Origin: Phoronis australis
Taxonomy: Eukaryota > Animalia > Phoronida
Direction: 5' to 3'
Length of the DNA: 64,000 nt
NCBI GenBank assembly: GCA_002633005.1
Contig: NMRA01000011.1
Location: forward strand, 501,395 to 565,394
Of the stretch, positions 38,116-50,820 are shown piece after piece. The notes under the pieces were generated by a model. That model was not told the DNA's origin, searched no databases, and saw nothing but the letters and a program-made list of their open reading frames with translations. The position numbers and the translations under genes were made by a program. Each line of letters begins with the position of its first letter. The stretch's first letter is position 1.

Positions 38116-40661
38116 GTAAGTACTAAATATGCATATCATAAATGTCAATTATCAAAATGTATAAACCGTGTCACAGTTTTTGCCATTACGGCACTCGCAC
38201 CGTCCTCGTGCACTAACGGCAAGCATTTCAAGCCGGTCAGTGGTGGCAGCACTGCACCAAGCTGAGTACAGCTACTACTATTGTTGCAGGTCACTGTCAC
38301 ACCAACGCTCGAAAAGATTTAGGTCAAGTTTTGTGGCGTTTAATTTTTTGTGGACTAAGACCACTAGACCAGTGGCTGATCATTGATCGACCTTATCTCT
38401 GGCGTGGGTCAAATAGTCCTTGTGTGCGCAGCTGTCTCGGGTACCTGAACAGTGTTCGACCTTCAGCAAATAAAGGTGCTGGCCCTTCGGGCCAGATACT
38501 TGAATATGAGACCACATCCACATGGGCCTGTAGGCCTACTTATGTGAAAGTTTACTGGCCCGGTCGCAATACACTGGTCCCGGGCCACCGCGTCAGCGGT
38601 TTATTTCTGAAAAGGGCATAGCAACTGACAGAAAGTACACTAGTATGGGTTTTCTGTTGACGAAGGATGTTGTTATATCCGAAAATTTCAGTTGATCCAT
38701 TCCTGTTGTTTTATTTACCTCAGTCTATATATTTCGGTGAAACAATAGTATCCTTTAGAGGATCTTGATCGCCTTATTTAGTTTCAGATTTATTTTCTAC
38801 GTTATCAAAAATGAAGAAATTCAACAAAACCACGTATTTTTACCGTGCTACATCTTTCGTGAAAAAAATTCGAGATGCCAAAAATGTGGCCTTATACTTA
38901 TCGAGGGCGGAGGAGGCAGTGTGGCCTAGTGTGATGGTGCCCGCCTTCTTTACTCGAGGTCGGGGCTTTGAGTCGCACTGGGCCACACTGCTAGACCCTT
39001 GAGTCGGGTTTCTAGCTCTTAATAAAGCACAAAAATATTTCCAGGTGATCAGTGCAATGGGCCCACAAGCGCGGCCTGCGCACGTCTGGTACAACGTGTA
39101 CCAGACCGCCTGCAATTATTTTTTATATTATGTCGAGGGCGGAAAGGTGGCGCTGTGGGGGCAATTCTTTCAAACTATCTCTTTTCCGACCCGTAACCCA
39201 AGGTTCATTCGATGGATCTTGAAAATTAGTGTATGGGTAGATCTTGCCGAGCGCTTCACAAAACATTGTTAATTTTTTCTCCACGAATAATCGTTCTTTA
39301 GTTATTTGTGATTTTCTGATTTAGTATTTTCACTGTCTGATTATTCCTCCCTTTCTTGTCGCGCTGATTGACACCGGTTGCGCAAGCTTTTGTTTCTCTG
39401 TTGATGCAGTCATCAATATTTAATGATAACGATGATGACAATGGTGATGACGATGATGGAAATGATGTTGCCGTTTCCACTGTCATCGTTCGCTTAGTTG
39501 GCTTCATTGTTTTTAGTCCTAGTCGGTGTCTTGATTTTCTTAGAACGATCGATGTCAGTGTCACTTTTTGTGTTTTACCGGTAGTTTCATGTTAACCACG
39601 TTGTCGCTATTTTTCAAAATTGCGATCCTTGTTGGTGCATCAGCGTTGTCAACATAGTTGGAGAAAGCTAAATGGTCATCTTTGGCAATATTGTTGGTGT
39701 TGATGGCGGCATTATCGGTGTTGCTGGCAATGTCGGAGGTGATGTCGTGGTTTTCGCTCTGCATTGTCATTGGTGGCATGCTTTGTGTTGTCTATAGTGT
39801 CACTGCATTTATTGGCTTCCATTTCGTCAAGTGTCGCTCCGTCGGAGCGCTTCCATTTTGTTTGTTTCCACGCTCATTACGTTCAGATCACGTTTTTGTT
39901 CGAACGACCTGAAATTTAGACAAAGGATGTACCTTGTTAAAAACTCTTTGCCTTGAAGTGAAAATATTCTCAAGCGCAGCGCAGATACCATCTCCCGAAA
40001 GCCCAAAATTAAAGTCGAAAGACAGTAATATTGTGTTGATTATTAATTCACGAATTCTCATATGAAATGCAAAAGTGCAGCTGATCATGTTCGAGAACAA
40101 GAGAAGAGGAGCTTGCTACCATTTACACTTCTCGATTTATTCGAGGATTTTGTAATGACTTCTTTTTCATTGATTGGTTTCTCGCACCGTATCTGATCTG
40201 GGGTCCCTTGACGGATTTTTCGCACATTTGGGAAACAGGTTGATCTCATCAAGAGGTATCTGAATAAATCACGGCTTACCACTCTCGAGCTATTCCAGAT
40301 TCACTGATCTGATGGCTGTTCGTTTATTGACCGATTTCTGGCTTTACTCGTTGTATTTTTCTTCCGATCGACATGAATTTTACAGTCACACATCCATCTT
40401 TAATGTTTTCTTCTTCACGACCGTCGTCATTACCAGCATCGCCGGTGTTGTTGCCATTGCCAGTTGCGTTTTCGACGGCATTTAGTGGACGGCGGGGGAA
40501 TCACACGGGATCCCCGTCCTACGGCACATGTATAATATATTTAATTTTTCGTTCAAACCAGAAAAAAAATAAAATGTTGTTTAGGGTATGATTTCAGACA
40601 GATGGAACGATGTGATAATAAAAATTTTAGATTTTATTTCTGAGTTGTTGTTTTAATTTAG

Positions 40662-40756
40662 GAAGATGACCAACCCTGATATTACGTGTTTTGAAGCCGA
40701 GACCAGCGGACATCTAGTGCAAGGCCTGCAATTTCATAAGTTCTACTTCGATAACG
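40662..40756 (+). CDS. CAMK2: CaMKII hub cassette 3, exon B: KMTNPDITCFEAETSGHLVQGLQFHKFYFDN
   Basis: ttttaatttAG, GTGTGT at 40757, 95 nt, phase 2-1. Confidence 0.92.
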
Positions 40757-41464
40757 GTGTGTACGTAGGATCTTCGGTAATGCCTGTTTTGATTAGACCC
40801 AGAAGTTTCGTATGGCGTGTGACAATACAGGGTGTCACTATGCAACCTAGAAAGTTGCACCGCGTCTGGACGTATGGCGCGATCTTTTAAGATTCCCCGT
40901 TAAAAGCATTCATATACACGCAAATTAGTTATAATTAGCTCGTACCAAGACAATGTGGATAATTTAGCCAACATGATTTAAGCACATCTATGAAATTCTC
41001 TCGAATTTCACTTGAGGATCACGGTCGCCGGACGCAATTTTAGCTCTTGTTGCGGCGTAAGGACATAGATCACAGTTGGAGTGGCTGATTGTGACTTTAT
41101 CACTGATCCGAGTCAATGGAATCCCTTGTTTGCGCAATGTCTCATGACACCTGAAAAGGGCACAAAGGCTCGATGGGGTTTCGAAAAAATGATGAAGTTC
41201 TACAAAGCCATATCTTTTTGCCTTGCTGCGTCCACGTGAAAAAAATGAGATGCCAAAAAATTACTCAAAAATTGCGATTCTGGTCTTTTTGTAACATAAT
41301 TACAAATTCACGACTACCTTAGTGCAAGAGAGGAGACGAGCATCCGAATGCGCCTGCATTCTAGATTCTAGAAATTTAGGTTAAAACATGTCGATTACCA
41401 ACCACATTTTGAAAGTTTGAACGTTTCAGTAGCGTTTCGTCATTAATTGTTAGACCTTTTTCAG

Positions 41465-41573
41465 TTCTCTCCAAAACTAAACGCAACACCACCCTTGTAA
41501 GCCCCACTGTTCACCTGCTAACTGAAGATTCTGCCTGCATTGCGTTCGTGCGGCTCAGCCAAATAATGAATGC
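41465..41573 (+). CDS. CAMK2: CaMKII hub cassette 3, exon C: VLSKTKRNTTLVSPTVHLLTEDSACIAFVRLSQIMNA
   Basis: tttttcAG, GTAAGT at 41574, 109 nt (in-frame 6-nt deletion versus cassettes 1 and 2), phase 1-2. Confidence 0.92.
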
Positions 41574-41749
41574 GTAAGTATTGGTGTAAGTTGTCTTATT
41601 AATATTGTACCGGTGCAGATAAAGCTAAGATCTGATTTGAGAGGGCAACCTCCGGACTTCACTACCTTCCGTCCCTTTGTAGAATATTTAATGTTGCCGT
41701 GTTCAGTCTACAGTGCTGTGATGTACACGCGCATATTTGCCGTACGCAG

Positions 41750-42110
41750 ATGTACATTGGCTAAACGTATAGTCTGGCCACTCACAGCCTGGTTACGCTC
41801 AGTCTGGATATGCACAGTCTTTGCTACGCACAGTCTGGCTACGTACGGCCTGGCTATGTACGTAAAGTCTGGCTACGTGTTGTTTGGCTACGTGTTGTCT
41901 GGCTACGCGCTGTCTGGCTACGCGCTGTCTGCCTACGTACAGTCTGCCTACGTACTGCTACGTAGACCTACTCTCTGTCTAGGTACAGCCTGCATGGCTA
42001 CGTACATCCTGGTTACGTACATCCTGGCTACGTACATCCTGGCTACGGACAGTCTGGCTACGTAAAGTCTGGCTACGCACATCCTGGCTGCGTACAATCT
42101 GGTAATGTTC
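41750..42110. repeat. 15-bp minisatellite (CTGGCTACGTACAGT/CATC)
   Basis: Period 15 visible at 42001/42016/42031; explains the 150-aa ORF. Confidence 0.9.
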
Positions 42111-42761
42111 GTGTCTATGGCTACTTTCTTGTACGTCCCCCAGAGGCTATCTTTTATTAGTATTACCATTATTAAATATTGCTCCCTTGCGGAAACGTTT
42201 AAAATAACGATAAACTCTTACATCGGGTACACGATGCAAATGGTGGGCGCATATCAACGCCCTACTTAGTTTGCTCTTGTTATATTTAAAAGGATACTAA
42301 ACCCTGTTTTGAGGATTTCCACCAATTCCTCGTTATATCATTGTCGTCAATCTTCCAAGTTAAAGGCGAGAATCTTTTATAAACTCGTACTGTCTTTGTC
42401 ACTGATTGGAAATTATGATACTTTGTGATGCATGGTTGCCATGTACTGAATTCGCTAAAAGCGTAGGTCACGCTCGCCGTTTAAAGGAGTATTCAAATTT
42501 TCCTCCAAACTTTTTTCAGTTGTCGAGGTTTACAGAGCATCAATTTGTTTCAGAGAACTGGATGGGAAACTCGTTTTTAGTATCTCATGTCAAAACTGGG
42601 TTTGGTGTCATATTAAATAGCCATGGAGACATAGACTATAGATTTCAAACTAGTGAGGTACGGAAGCAGTTAAATTTGATATTACAGACACGTGTTCACT
42701 TTCTTGCATGGGATCGATGTAAACGATTTTTTAATTTGAATTCTTTCTTTATTTTTTAAAG

Positions 42762-42864
42762 AAACGGCAAGCCTGAAACAATAGAAGTTCAAGAGACTCG
42801 TGTTTGGGTTCGAAAAGACGGAAAGTGGCTAAATGTCCATTTTCACCGCTCGGGGGTGCTCTAG
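42762..42864 (+). CDS. CAMK2: CaMKII hub cassette 3, terminal exon D: [33 protein letters not shown]
   Basis: Polypyrimidine tract + aAG at 42760-42761, phase 2, TAG at 42862-42864; AATAAA at 43378. Confidence 0.92.
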
Positions 42865-44018
42865 GTTATGGTTTTCTATTAGCATTTCTATGTGCTGGGA
42901 GTAATGGAATACCAAGATTGAGAGAGCAAATATTTGTGACGTCACAAGGTGTTCGTTTTATGGTCAGCATGCCTGTAAACGATGGTTTATCTTGCTTCAT
43001 AAATACATTGTCATTTTATTGTTTGTATAGGGTGGCATATTTTTATTGGTGAGCAAATTGCTTAACTGCTAAAAACGAAAATGGAGTAAGATCTTATTAA
43101 CTCTTATAAAATTGGTCTCATAATGTTTCTTACCTGACAGGAATCTCAGTATTTCCGTTACCAATGAGAGTATGCCATATTTCCGAATTCGCCACTTTAG
43201 TGTTGGCCAACCTGAAGAGTTTCTTTGAGTTTCTGAGAACAATCTTATGAGAGTAAAAATCCTAATTCGAATTTCTTTTTTTAAGCCAAAGAGGGCGACA
43301 TGCAGTTGTAACCGGTCGTTTCTGACGAACTAATCTGACAAAGGAGACAAATGTTTTGGTGCATTTGTTTTATTTGAAATAAAAAAATTGTCTGTAATAT
43401 CCAAAGAACGACAGGCCAAAGTGGTTCATAAATTTGTCAAGGGTTTAGATAAGGAGCGAGTAGATAGTGCATAATCACGAGCAGGGGGCGTGGAAACTAT
43501 TCTTATTCCCCACAATATCATTCAGCTGAAAGGGATATGCACAAAAGTGAGCAGTATAGGGGTAAAACCACAAACATAGCCCTCAAGTAATAAAGAAACA
43601 TGCGGCTATGGAAACGACCCCCTTTCTTCTTGAGCCTTTGGTGAGTAAACCCCGGAGACAAATCACGCACTAACACAATGCACTGAGATCCATGAATGAA
43701 GCTAGCCAGCACAAACATCTGGGCCTCAACACATCATTAAATAACAATACAGTGGCTTTAGTTGTACGTTTGTATCATTTGTGACCAACACGTCAAGCAT
43801 CGCCAGAGCTCATCTGCAGTATCAGAAACTTCAAGTCCCTCTAGTTCAGAAGATAAGCACTCAGGTACTTTATTGCTTTTCACGATACATTACATAGTAT
43901 ACGTTTTGATCCAACTCTTGCGTACAACGCGGCAGAATAGGCTATACTTGAAGTGCCGAACTTGAGGCGTGTGCAAGTATACCCAGGGTATTTCACTATA
44001 TCGCAAGCACCTCTATAC

Positions 44019-47000
44019 GAAGCTCTATGTACGATAGATTGTAGTGTCACGCTGATCGACAGGTATAAAGGTGTCGGTGACTGTATACAGCTGGTGAATT
44101 AGGATACCCCGGCACACTGAGAGTGCAGGCTAAAAATGACCACAAGCCGGGTGTGGACTCGGAGACTAGACACACCATGCGTTCACCCAGCCTAAAATCA
44201 GTGTAGGGGGGGGGGCTCGAATTTTTTAGAAAAAAACGGGGTACCCGGTTCAGAGCTACGAGTTGTGCACTCGCCCAATTCCTGCATTTTTAGTGAACTT
44301 TTGTCTCGTTTTCAACTTTTTCGGACTTTTTGTTACTCTGAGTCGGACCTTTTTGCTCACTTCGGCAAATGGGGGCTCTTTCGAGCCCTCCTGCATGGGT
44401 GCGCGCATGCACACCGAATGTATCTCCCGTGGAAAAAAAACTGATCATGATCGCTACAGACAGATACATTAGAATATATCCCAGCACGAGAGAGTAGGTG
44501 AGTGGCTGGACAGATTTCGTTCAACGGAATCGACGCTGGATGAAACACGGGCTGCGGCGACGGAACGTGAGTACAGCTTCAGAAGAGTTCGAATCGAGAC
44601 ATATGTGACCGGCGACAACACCAGGGGGCGCTGATCTAACCGTTTTCGAAATCGAGCGCGAAATTATTTTTAACAGTTTCCGTTATACTTTGGTATGAAA
44701 TCAAGATAAGTGTCTAGTATTCTGTGCTCGAGCACATGTGTAATCCCATTTTGCACTTGATGACCCCTACACATAGCTATACGTTCTAGTCTGAACTCGG
44801 AATCGCGAGCTTTTACTCGAAATCTCGAGGTTTTACTCGAAATCTCGAGGTTTTACACCAGTTTTTAGCTACAACTTTTCTAGATCATCAAGAGCGAATT
44901 TGAACTGCACAGTACTTTGCGTAAATCGTAATGTTCTCAAGCACAAAATAGTAAATAATTACCTTAAGTTCTAGAACGGCAATTAAACGCCAAATATATT
45001 TTCCACTTAGATTTCGAGTGAAAAGATTTAGAGCCCGGGGGCAAGGAGGAGACAGAGCTGCTGACTGATTGTAACCAGAAGGTCAAGAATAAAATCGAGC
45101 AATCACAAGGGATAGCAAACAAGGATTTTACGTTGTAACGAAGTCATTACCTACGGGGTAATCCTAACGAAATCCGTCGATGAAATATCCATACAAATGC
45201 ACATTTGCCACGGTCTGGAGCCGTCTGATATTCCGCCATTTTAGATTTGCCGCTAAGTCGGAAGTTACTGAGGTTCATTGAAGGCTGAGTGTGTTTGGCA
45301 GGGAGCACTTATCTTGGGTAAACAAGAAACAAAACAACGAGCACGCAATATCAGAACCATTAAGAAAAATTATTTTGCAGAAAGGATATTCCCGACAACT
45401 GGCTAAAACTTGAAAATAAATTTCCGGCGACATGGAAAACTCGGATGGCGAAGACCGACGGTTGTTCTAGCAGGCAAAAATTGCCCGTACTGCCGATGGT
45501 AGTGCCAAGCAAATTACAAGTGACGTATGAAATATAAAATCCTGAAATTTGCGCACATCTGGAAAGTAAATTGATTTCCAATTTTATTTTTTGGCAACCT
45601 CTGTTAACATGTCGCATTGGTTTTTAGTTGTTTTGGTGCTTTTTAAATTCTAGCAAAAACTGAAATATAGCGCGCGGTATTTGTCCGCAGAAGCATTCAC
45701 ACCAGGACAGCTTGAGGAAAGTCGCAAAGTGGACCCCTTACAGCCACGGGAGACGGCTACTAGGCTTGTAAGCGAACCGGCGGAAGGCCAGTACATCGGT
45801 AAAATTTGCCGACTTGTCGGTTGGTCGACCACTTTCAATTGCGAACAGTAGAGAATATTACCTAAAACATCAGACGATTCTATGTGATTTTATATGACAC
45901 AGCAAGTTACGCACAGCAGTCTTGGTAATCCCCTTCCTCATAGGAATACTATGAAGGCCACTTTTACTCGTCATTGTTAAAAGTTGTTTGTTTTTCAATC
46001 GTTTATCATGTATTTTAATTCTTGCTTAATAAAAACCGGAAATTTCTTCTCGGTATGTTTAATTTGCCCTAATGTTCGCCAATGCAAGCTCTGTCTTTCT
46101 TCCAAGTTACAGTAGGCAATTTGTGGTACANGAAGCTCTGTGTATGATAAATTGTAGTGTCACGCTGATCGACAGGTAAAGTTGTCGGTGACTGTATGCA
46201 GCTGGTGAATTAGGATACCCCGGCACACTGAGAGTGCAGGCTAAAAAGGACCACAAGCCGGGTGTGGAGACTAGACACACCATGCGCGCACCCAGCCTAA
46301 AATCAGTGTAGGGGGGGCTCGAATTTTTTAGAAAAAAACGGGGTACCCGGTTCAGAGCTATGATTTGTGCACTCGCCCAATTCCTGCATTTTTAGTGAAC
46401 TTTTGTCTCGTTTTCAACTTTTTCGGACTTTTTGTTCCTTTTTGCTCACTTCGGCAAATGGGGGCTCGTTCGAGCCCCCCCCCCGCTGGGTGCGCGCATG
46501 CACACAATGTATCTCCTGTGGAAAAAAAACTGATCATGATCGCTACAGACAGATAGATTAGAATATAACCCAGAACGAGAGAGTAGTAGGTGAGTGGCTG
46601 GACAGCGGGATTTCGTTCAACGGAATCGACGCTGTATGAAACACGGGCTGCGGCGACGGAACGTGACAGCTTCAGAAGAGTTCGGAAATCAAGACAAGTG
46701 AACGGCGACAACACCAGGGGGCGCTGATCTAACCGTTTTATTCGAAATCGAGCGCGAAATTATTTTTAACAGTTTCCGTTATACGTTGGTATGAAATCAA
46801 GATAAGTGTCTAGTATTCTGTGCTCGAGCACATGTGTAATCCCATTTTGCACTTGATGACCCCTACATACATGTATAGCTATACGTTCTAGTCTGAATTC
46901 GGAATCGCGAGCTTTAATTTACTCGAAATCTCGAGGTTTTACGCGAGTTTTTAGCTACAACTTTTATGGATCATCAAGAGCGAATTTGAACTGCACAGTA

Positions 47001-48201
47001 CTTTGCGTAAATCGTAATGTTCTCAAGCACAAAATAGTAAATAATTACCTAAGTTCTAGAACGGCAATTAAACACCAAATATATTTTCCACTTAGATTTC
47101 GAGTGAAAAGATTTAAAGCCCGGGGGCAAGGAGGAGACAGAGCTGCTGACTGATTGTAACCAGAAGGTCAAGAATAAAATCGAGCAATCACAAGGGATAG
47201 CAAACAAGGATTTTACGTTGTAACGAAGTCATTACCTACGGGGTAATCCTAACGAAATCCGTCGGTGAAATATCCATACAAATGCACATTTGCCACGGTC
47301 TGGAGCCGTCTGATATTCCGCCATTTTAGATTTGCCGCCTAAGTCGGAAGTTACTGAGGTTCATTCAAGGCTGAGTGTGTTTGGCAGGGAGCACTTATCT
47401 TGGGTAAACAAGAGCACGCAATATCAGAACCATTAAGAACAATTATTTTGCAGAAAGGATATTCCCGACAACTGGCTAAAACTTGAAAATAAATTTCCGG
47501 CGACATGGAAAACTCGGATGGCGAAGACCGACGGTTGTTCTAGCAGGCAAAAATTGCCCGTACTGCCGATGGTAGTGCCAAGCAAATTACAAGTGACGTA
47601 TGAAATATAAAATCCTGAAATTTGCGCACATCTGGAAAGTAAATTGATTTCCAATTTTATTTTTTGGCAACCTCTGTTAACATGTCGCATTGGTTTTTAG
47701 TTGTTTTGGTGCTTTTTAAATTCTAGCAAAAACTGAAATATAGCGCGCGGTATTTGTCCGCAGAAGCATTCACACCAGAACAGCTTGAGGAAAGTCGCAA
47801 AGTGGACTCCTTACAGCCACGGGAGACGGCTACTAGGCTTGTAAGCGAACCGGCGGAAGGCCAGTACATCGGTAAAATTTGCCGACTTGTCGGTTGGTCG
47901 ACCACTTTCAATTGCGAACAGTAGAGAATATTACCTAAAACATCAGACGATTCTATGTGATTTTATATGACACAGCAAGTTACGCACAGCAGTCTTGGTA
48001 ATCCCCTTCCTCATAGGAATACTATGAAGACCACTTTTACTTCATTGTTAAAACTTGTTTGTTTTTCAATCGTTTATCATGTATTTTAATTCTTGCTTAA
48101 TAAAAACCGGAAATTACTTCTCGGTATATTTAATTTGCCCTAATGTTCGCCAATGCAAGCTATGTCTTTCTTCCAAGTTACAGTAGGCAATTTGTGGTAC
48201 A
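44019..48201. repeat. ~2.1 kb direct tandem duplication (44019-46130 and 46132-48201) separated by a single N
   Basis: Near-identical copies with scattered substitutions and small indels; duplicated ORFs in the track; junction is exactly the N at 46131. Confidence 0.95.
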
Positions 48202-48964
48202 CTTTGAAACGTACATAATATTGAGGGTGATTTTCATACTAACGTGTTATGACCCTAAACTTCACTTGATAACTTTCAACAGGTAGTGCATCATTGATGT
48301 TTACCGCAGTTGTGATTTAAGATAAAAAAATAAACTTCTCTGCAAACCTTCTTTAACTGCACTTGAATTAAATCTCAACGATTACATTCCTCGTTGTGAA
48401 AAATTTAAAATACAGATGTTCGTTTCAAACTAACCGTCATAACCTAACGCAATGTACAACCCCGTTGGCCCATGTGATTGATTCGTTTATTCATAATATT
48501 CATGAAGTAATATTAAGAAGGGTGTGTTGGAAAGTAAACCTGATGCTGCGTTCTGCTGGTAAGTCGCTTATTAAGGAAACTTGACACCCTAGACGTCTAC
48601 TGTGAGACACTATGTACACTCTATCACAGTGCTAAACGAACTTTGCAGTATAGGTAGCGCTGTGTCAGAGGGCAAGACACTATGATGATCCAGACAGAAG
48701 TTGTGTATTCCAAATGTCGCTCTTTAGGCCTCAGGTGAAAACTTAGCTACATGTGTGTCTATTACTACTGGTAATATATGTGAAGGCCAATACAGAGGAT
48801 GGTTCTTTTATGATCCAGGTAGGATTCGTAACAACTATGGAAATAGCAATTAAGTTCAATTAAAAACCTTGCTTTCAAAATCGCTGTCGAGAAAAGCAAG
48901 CACATACAGCCGGCATACTCACTGCTTGCAGACTGCCTGTTGACGTTTGAGTCGTCTACCACAG

Positions 48965-49040
48965 ATGGCGCCGATTGTTAAACTGCTCAAGATGTCCGTC
49001 GTTGTAGAGGGACGCAATGACTTTGAAATGGATTTACAAG
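48965..49040 (+). CDS. ARHGDI: Rho GDI-like gene, first coding exon: MAPIVKLLKMSVVVEGRNDFEMDLQ(G)
   Basis: Aligns with the RhoGDI strand PNVVV..LTLV..LELDLTG; ends at a GC donor CAAG|GCGAGT, phase 1; in-frame TGA at 48941. Confidence 0.75.
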
Positions 49041-49062
49041 GCGAGTATATTTTGCGAACCAG

Positions 49063-49370
49063 GGCCCAGTTGCATAAAACTTCAAAATTATCCGCTGGAT
49101 AAGTTTGATTGTTGCGTGACGTCAGGTGCTTTGTTCAACAATAACAACGTGGCGCGTGATAATGCGATGTCATTGTTGCTTTTCGGCCGGCGTATAACTT
49201 TTATGCAACTGGGCCCAGGGCTCGGAGTTGCATAAAGCTTTAAAAGTTATCCGCTGGATAAGTTTGATTGTTGCATGACGTCAGGTGCATTGTTCAACAA
49301 TAACAACGTGACGCGTGATAATGCTACCTCATTGTTGCTATACGGCGTATAACTTTTATGCAACTGGGCC
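49063..49370. mobile_element. Head-to-tail dimer of a ~153-bp MITE, PIF/Harbinger-like
   Basis: TIR GGCCCAGTTGCATAAAA / TTTTATGCAACTGGGCC; CAG before (49060), between (49216) and after (49371) the copies. Confidence 0.8.
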
Positions 49371-49672
49371 CAGGTCGTTAAAGTTATTCAACCGAGACAG
49401 TTGGGGGAGACAGCGTTTAGCAATTGTAAACCAGTCAAACTTACAACCTACATGCAGGTTCTTCGAATTTATGGCTTATCTGGAAAAACACCGCAAATTG
49501 TTGAGTTTCAAATTCAGTCTAAGTCCCTTGTTTTCTATCAAGGACGTCGCATATACCGCCGGGCAAAAGTTGCAAATAGTCGCCCACGAAGCGCTTCACC
49601 TCTTTTGTTATGTCATCTTCTACTGTGTGATTCTCCCCGCAAAACAAACCTCAAAATTTTCATATAGTTTTT

Positions 49673-50445
49673 ATGCGCCCACATATTTATATGTGGACGC
49701 ATTATGCCGTCATCTCTGTCCGTCCGTCCGGGCGGCGTCCGGCGTCCGGCGCTGCTCTATCTCCAAAACCCTTTGACATACGTTCATGAAATTTGGCACA
49801 TATGTTCCATTCATGAATGGGACGGCATCTGCGAACTTTCGGACGGATCCGACTACCGGTGTGCCCCTTAGTGGCAATTTTATTTTTTTACGCTTACCTT
49901 TGTATCTTCACTAAAGTCCTGAATGGATTTTCATGAAATTTGGTATGTAGGCACCTATTAGTGAGATGACGCTATCCTGCCGTTTTCAGATGGATTCGAC
50001 ATAGTTTGCGCCACCTAGTGGCTATTTTTAGTGTTTTCGAGTCTGTTGTTGTGCGTCCACCCCGCTATCAACCAAACCGCTCAAAGGATGATTGTGAAAA
50101 TTGGCATGTATATGCTTACTATGTAGAGGACGGTTGACGATGATTTTCCGACGATTTCGACTACTGTGGCGCCTCCTAGTGGCAGTTTTTTTTTTGCGCC
50201 TATGGCTGTATCTCCTAAACCTTTCGCAGGATCTTTACGAANGTATAGGATGTGCTTGTATTATGAAGATTACTCACATTTTGCCCCTAGCCTATTGAGG
50301 AGACAATGACCATGCCTTTCCATTTTGCTAAGTACAACATACTATGCCCTCTACTGGCCACTTTATGGTACCAATAAACAACCCTAGAAGGATGCCGTAT
50401 GCGGTGCAATTGTGGGCGCATTTCAACGCTCTGCGTTGCTCTTGT
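49673..50445 (+). mobile_element. HINE copy (best preserved; contains an N at 50242)
   Basis: ATGCGCCCACA-tatttata-TGTGGACGCAT stem, (GTCC)n, internal repeats, 3' TGTGGGCGCAT + CAACGC-TCT-GCGTTG hairpin, T-rich flanks. Confidence 0.8.
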
Positions 50446-50820
50446 TTAAATTAGAGGCAGGAACTTCAAATTTTGTAGATTGTCAATTTTATGTATTGAG
50501 CTCATGCTGTAGTTGAACATTTTTCAGTGCTGGCGTTTTCGGCAGGGTGCCAACGGCAAGCACATTATTATTGTAGGTGCTGGACATGTTCTTATCCGCA
50601 TCTAAGCAAAACTGGATGCTCTGAAGGCATTGACACAGTGCAGAAAAAAAAAACGCTGATGAGCGACGTTGAATTAGTCTGTTCGCAACGTGTGATACAG
50701 CGTTTTAAAGTCGCACAGATTTATGTTACTTTTCGGGTTCCTAGCTTAAGAAGAAAACAAACTATGAGCCAAAGTTTGGGAACTGTTTCGGCAGAATCAA
50801 GCTGTACAATTTCACTTCAG

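Noticed and set aside
38910-38995. tRNA gene
   Set aside because: Only a loose A-box/B-box resemblance and no clean cloverleaf; at most a decayed SINE head
39298-39912. ORFs with Asp-rich and hydrophobic stretches
   Set aside because: Low-complexity GAT/GTT/GTC intronic sequence with no splice or homology support
41613-42065. 150-aa repetitive ORF
   Set aside because: Translation of a 15-bp minisatellite inside the last intron of cassette 3
14549-42864. One polypeptide with three tandem hub domains
   Set aside because: Each cassette ends in its own stop codon with no convincing in-frame donor before it
45360-47911. Duplicated small ORFs (85 aa and 62 aa) as a gene pair
   Set aside because: By-products of the 2.1 kb duplication; no recognisable protein
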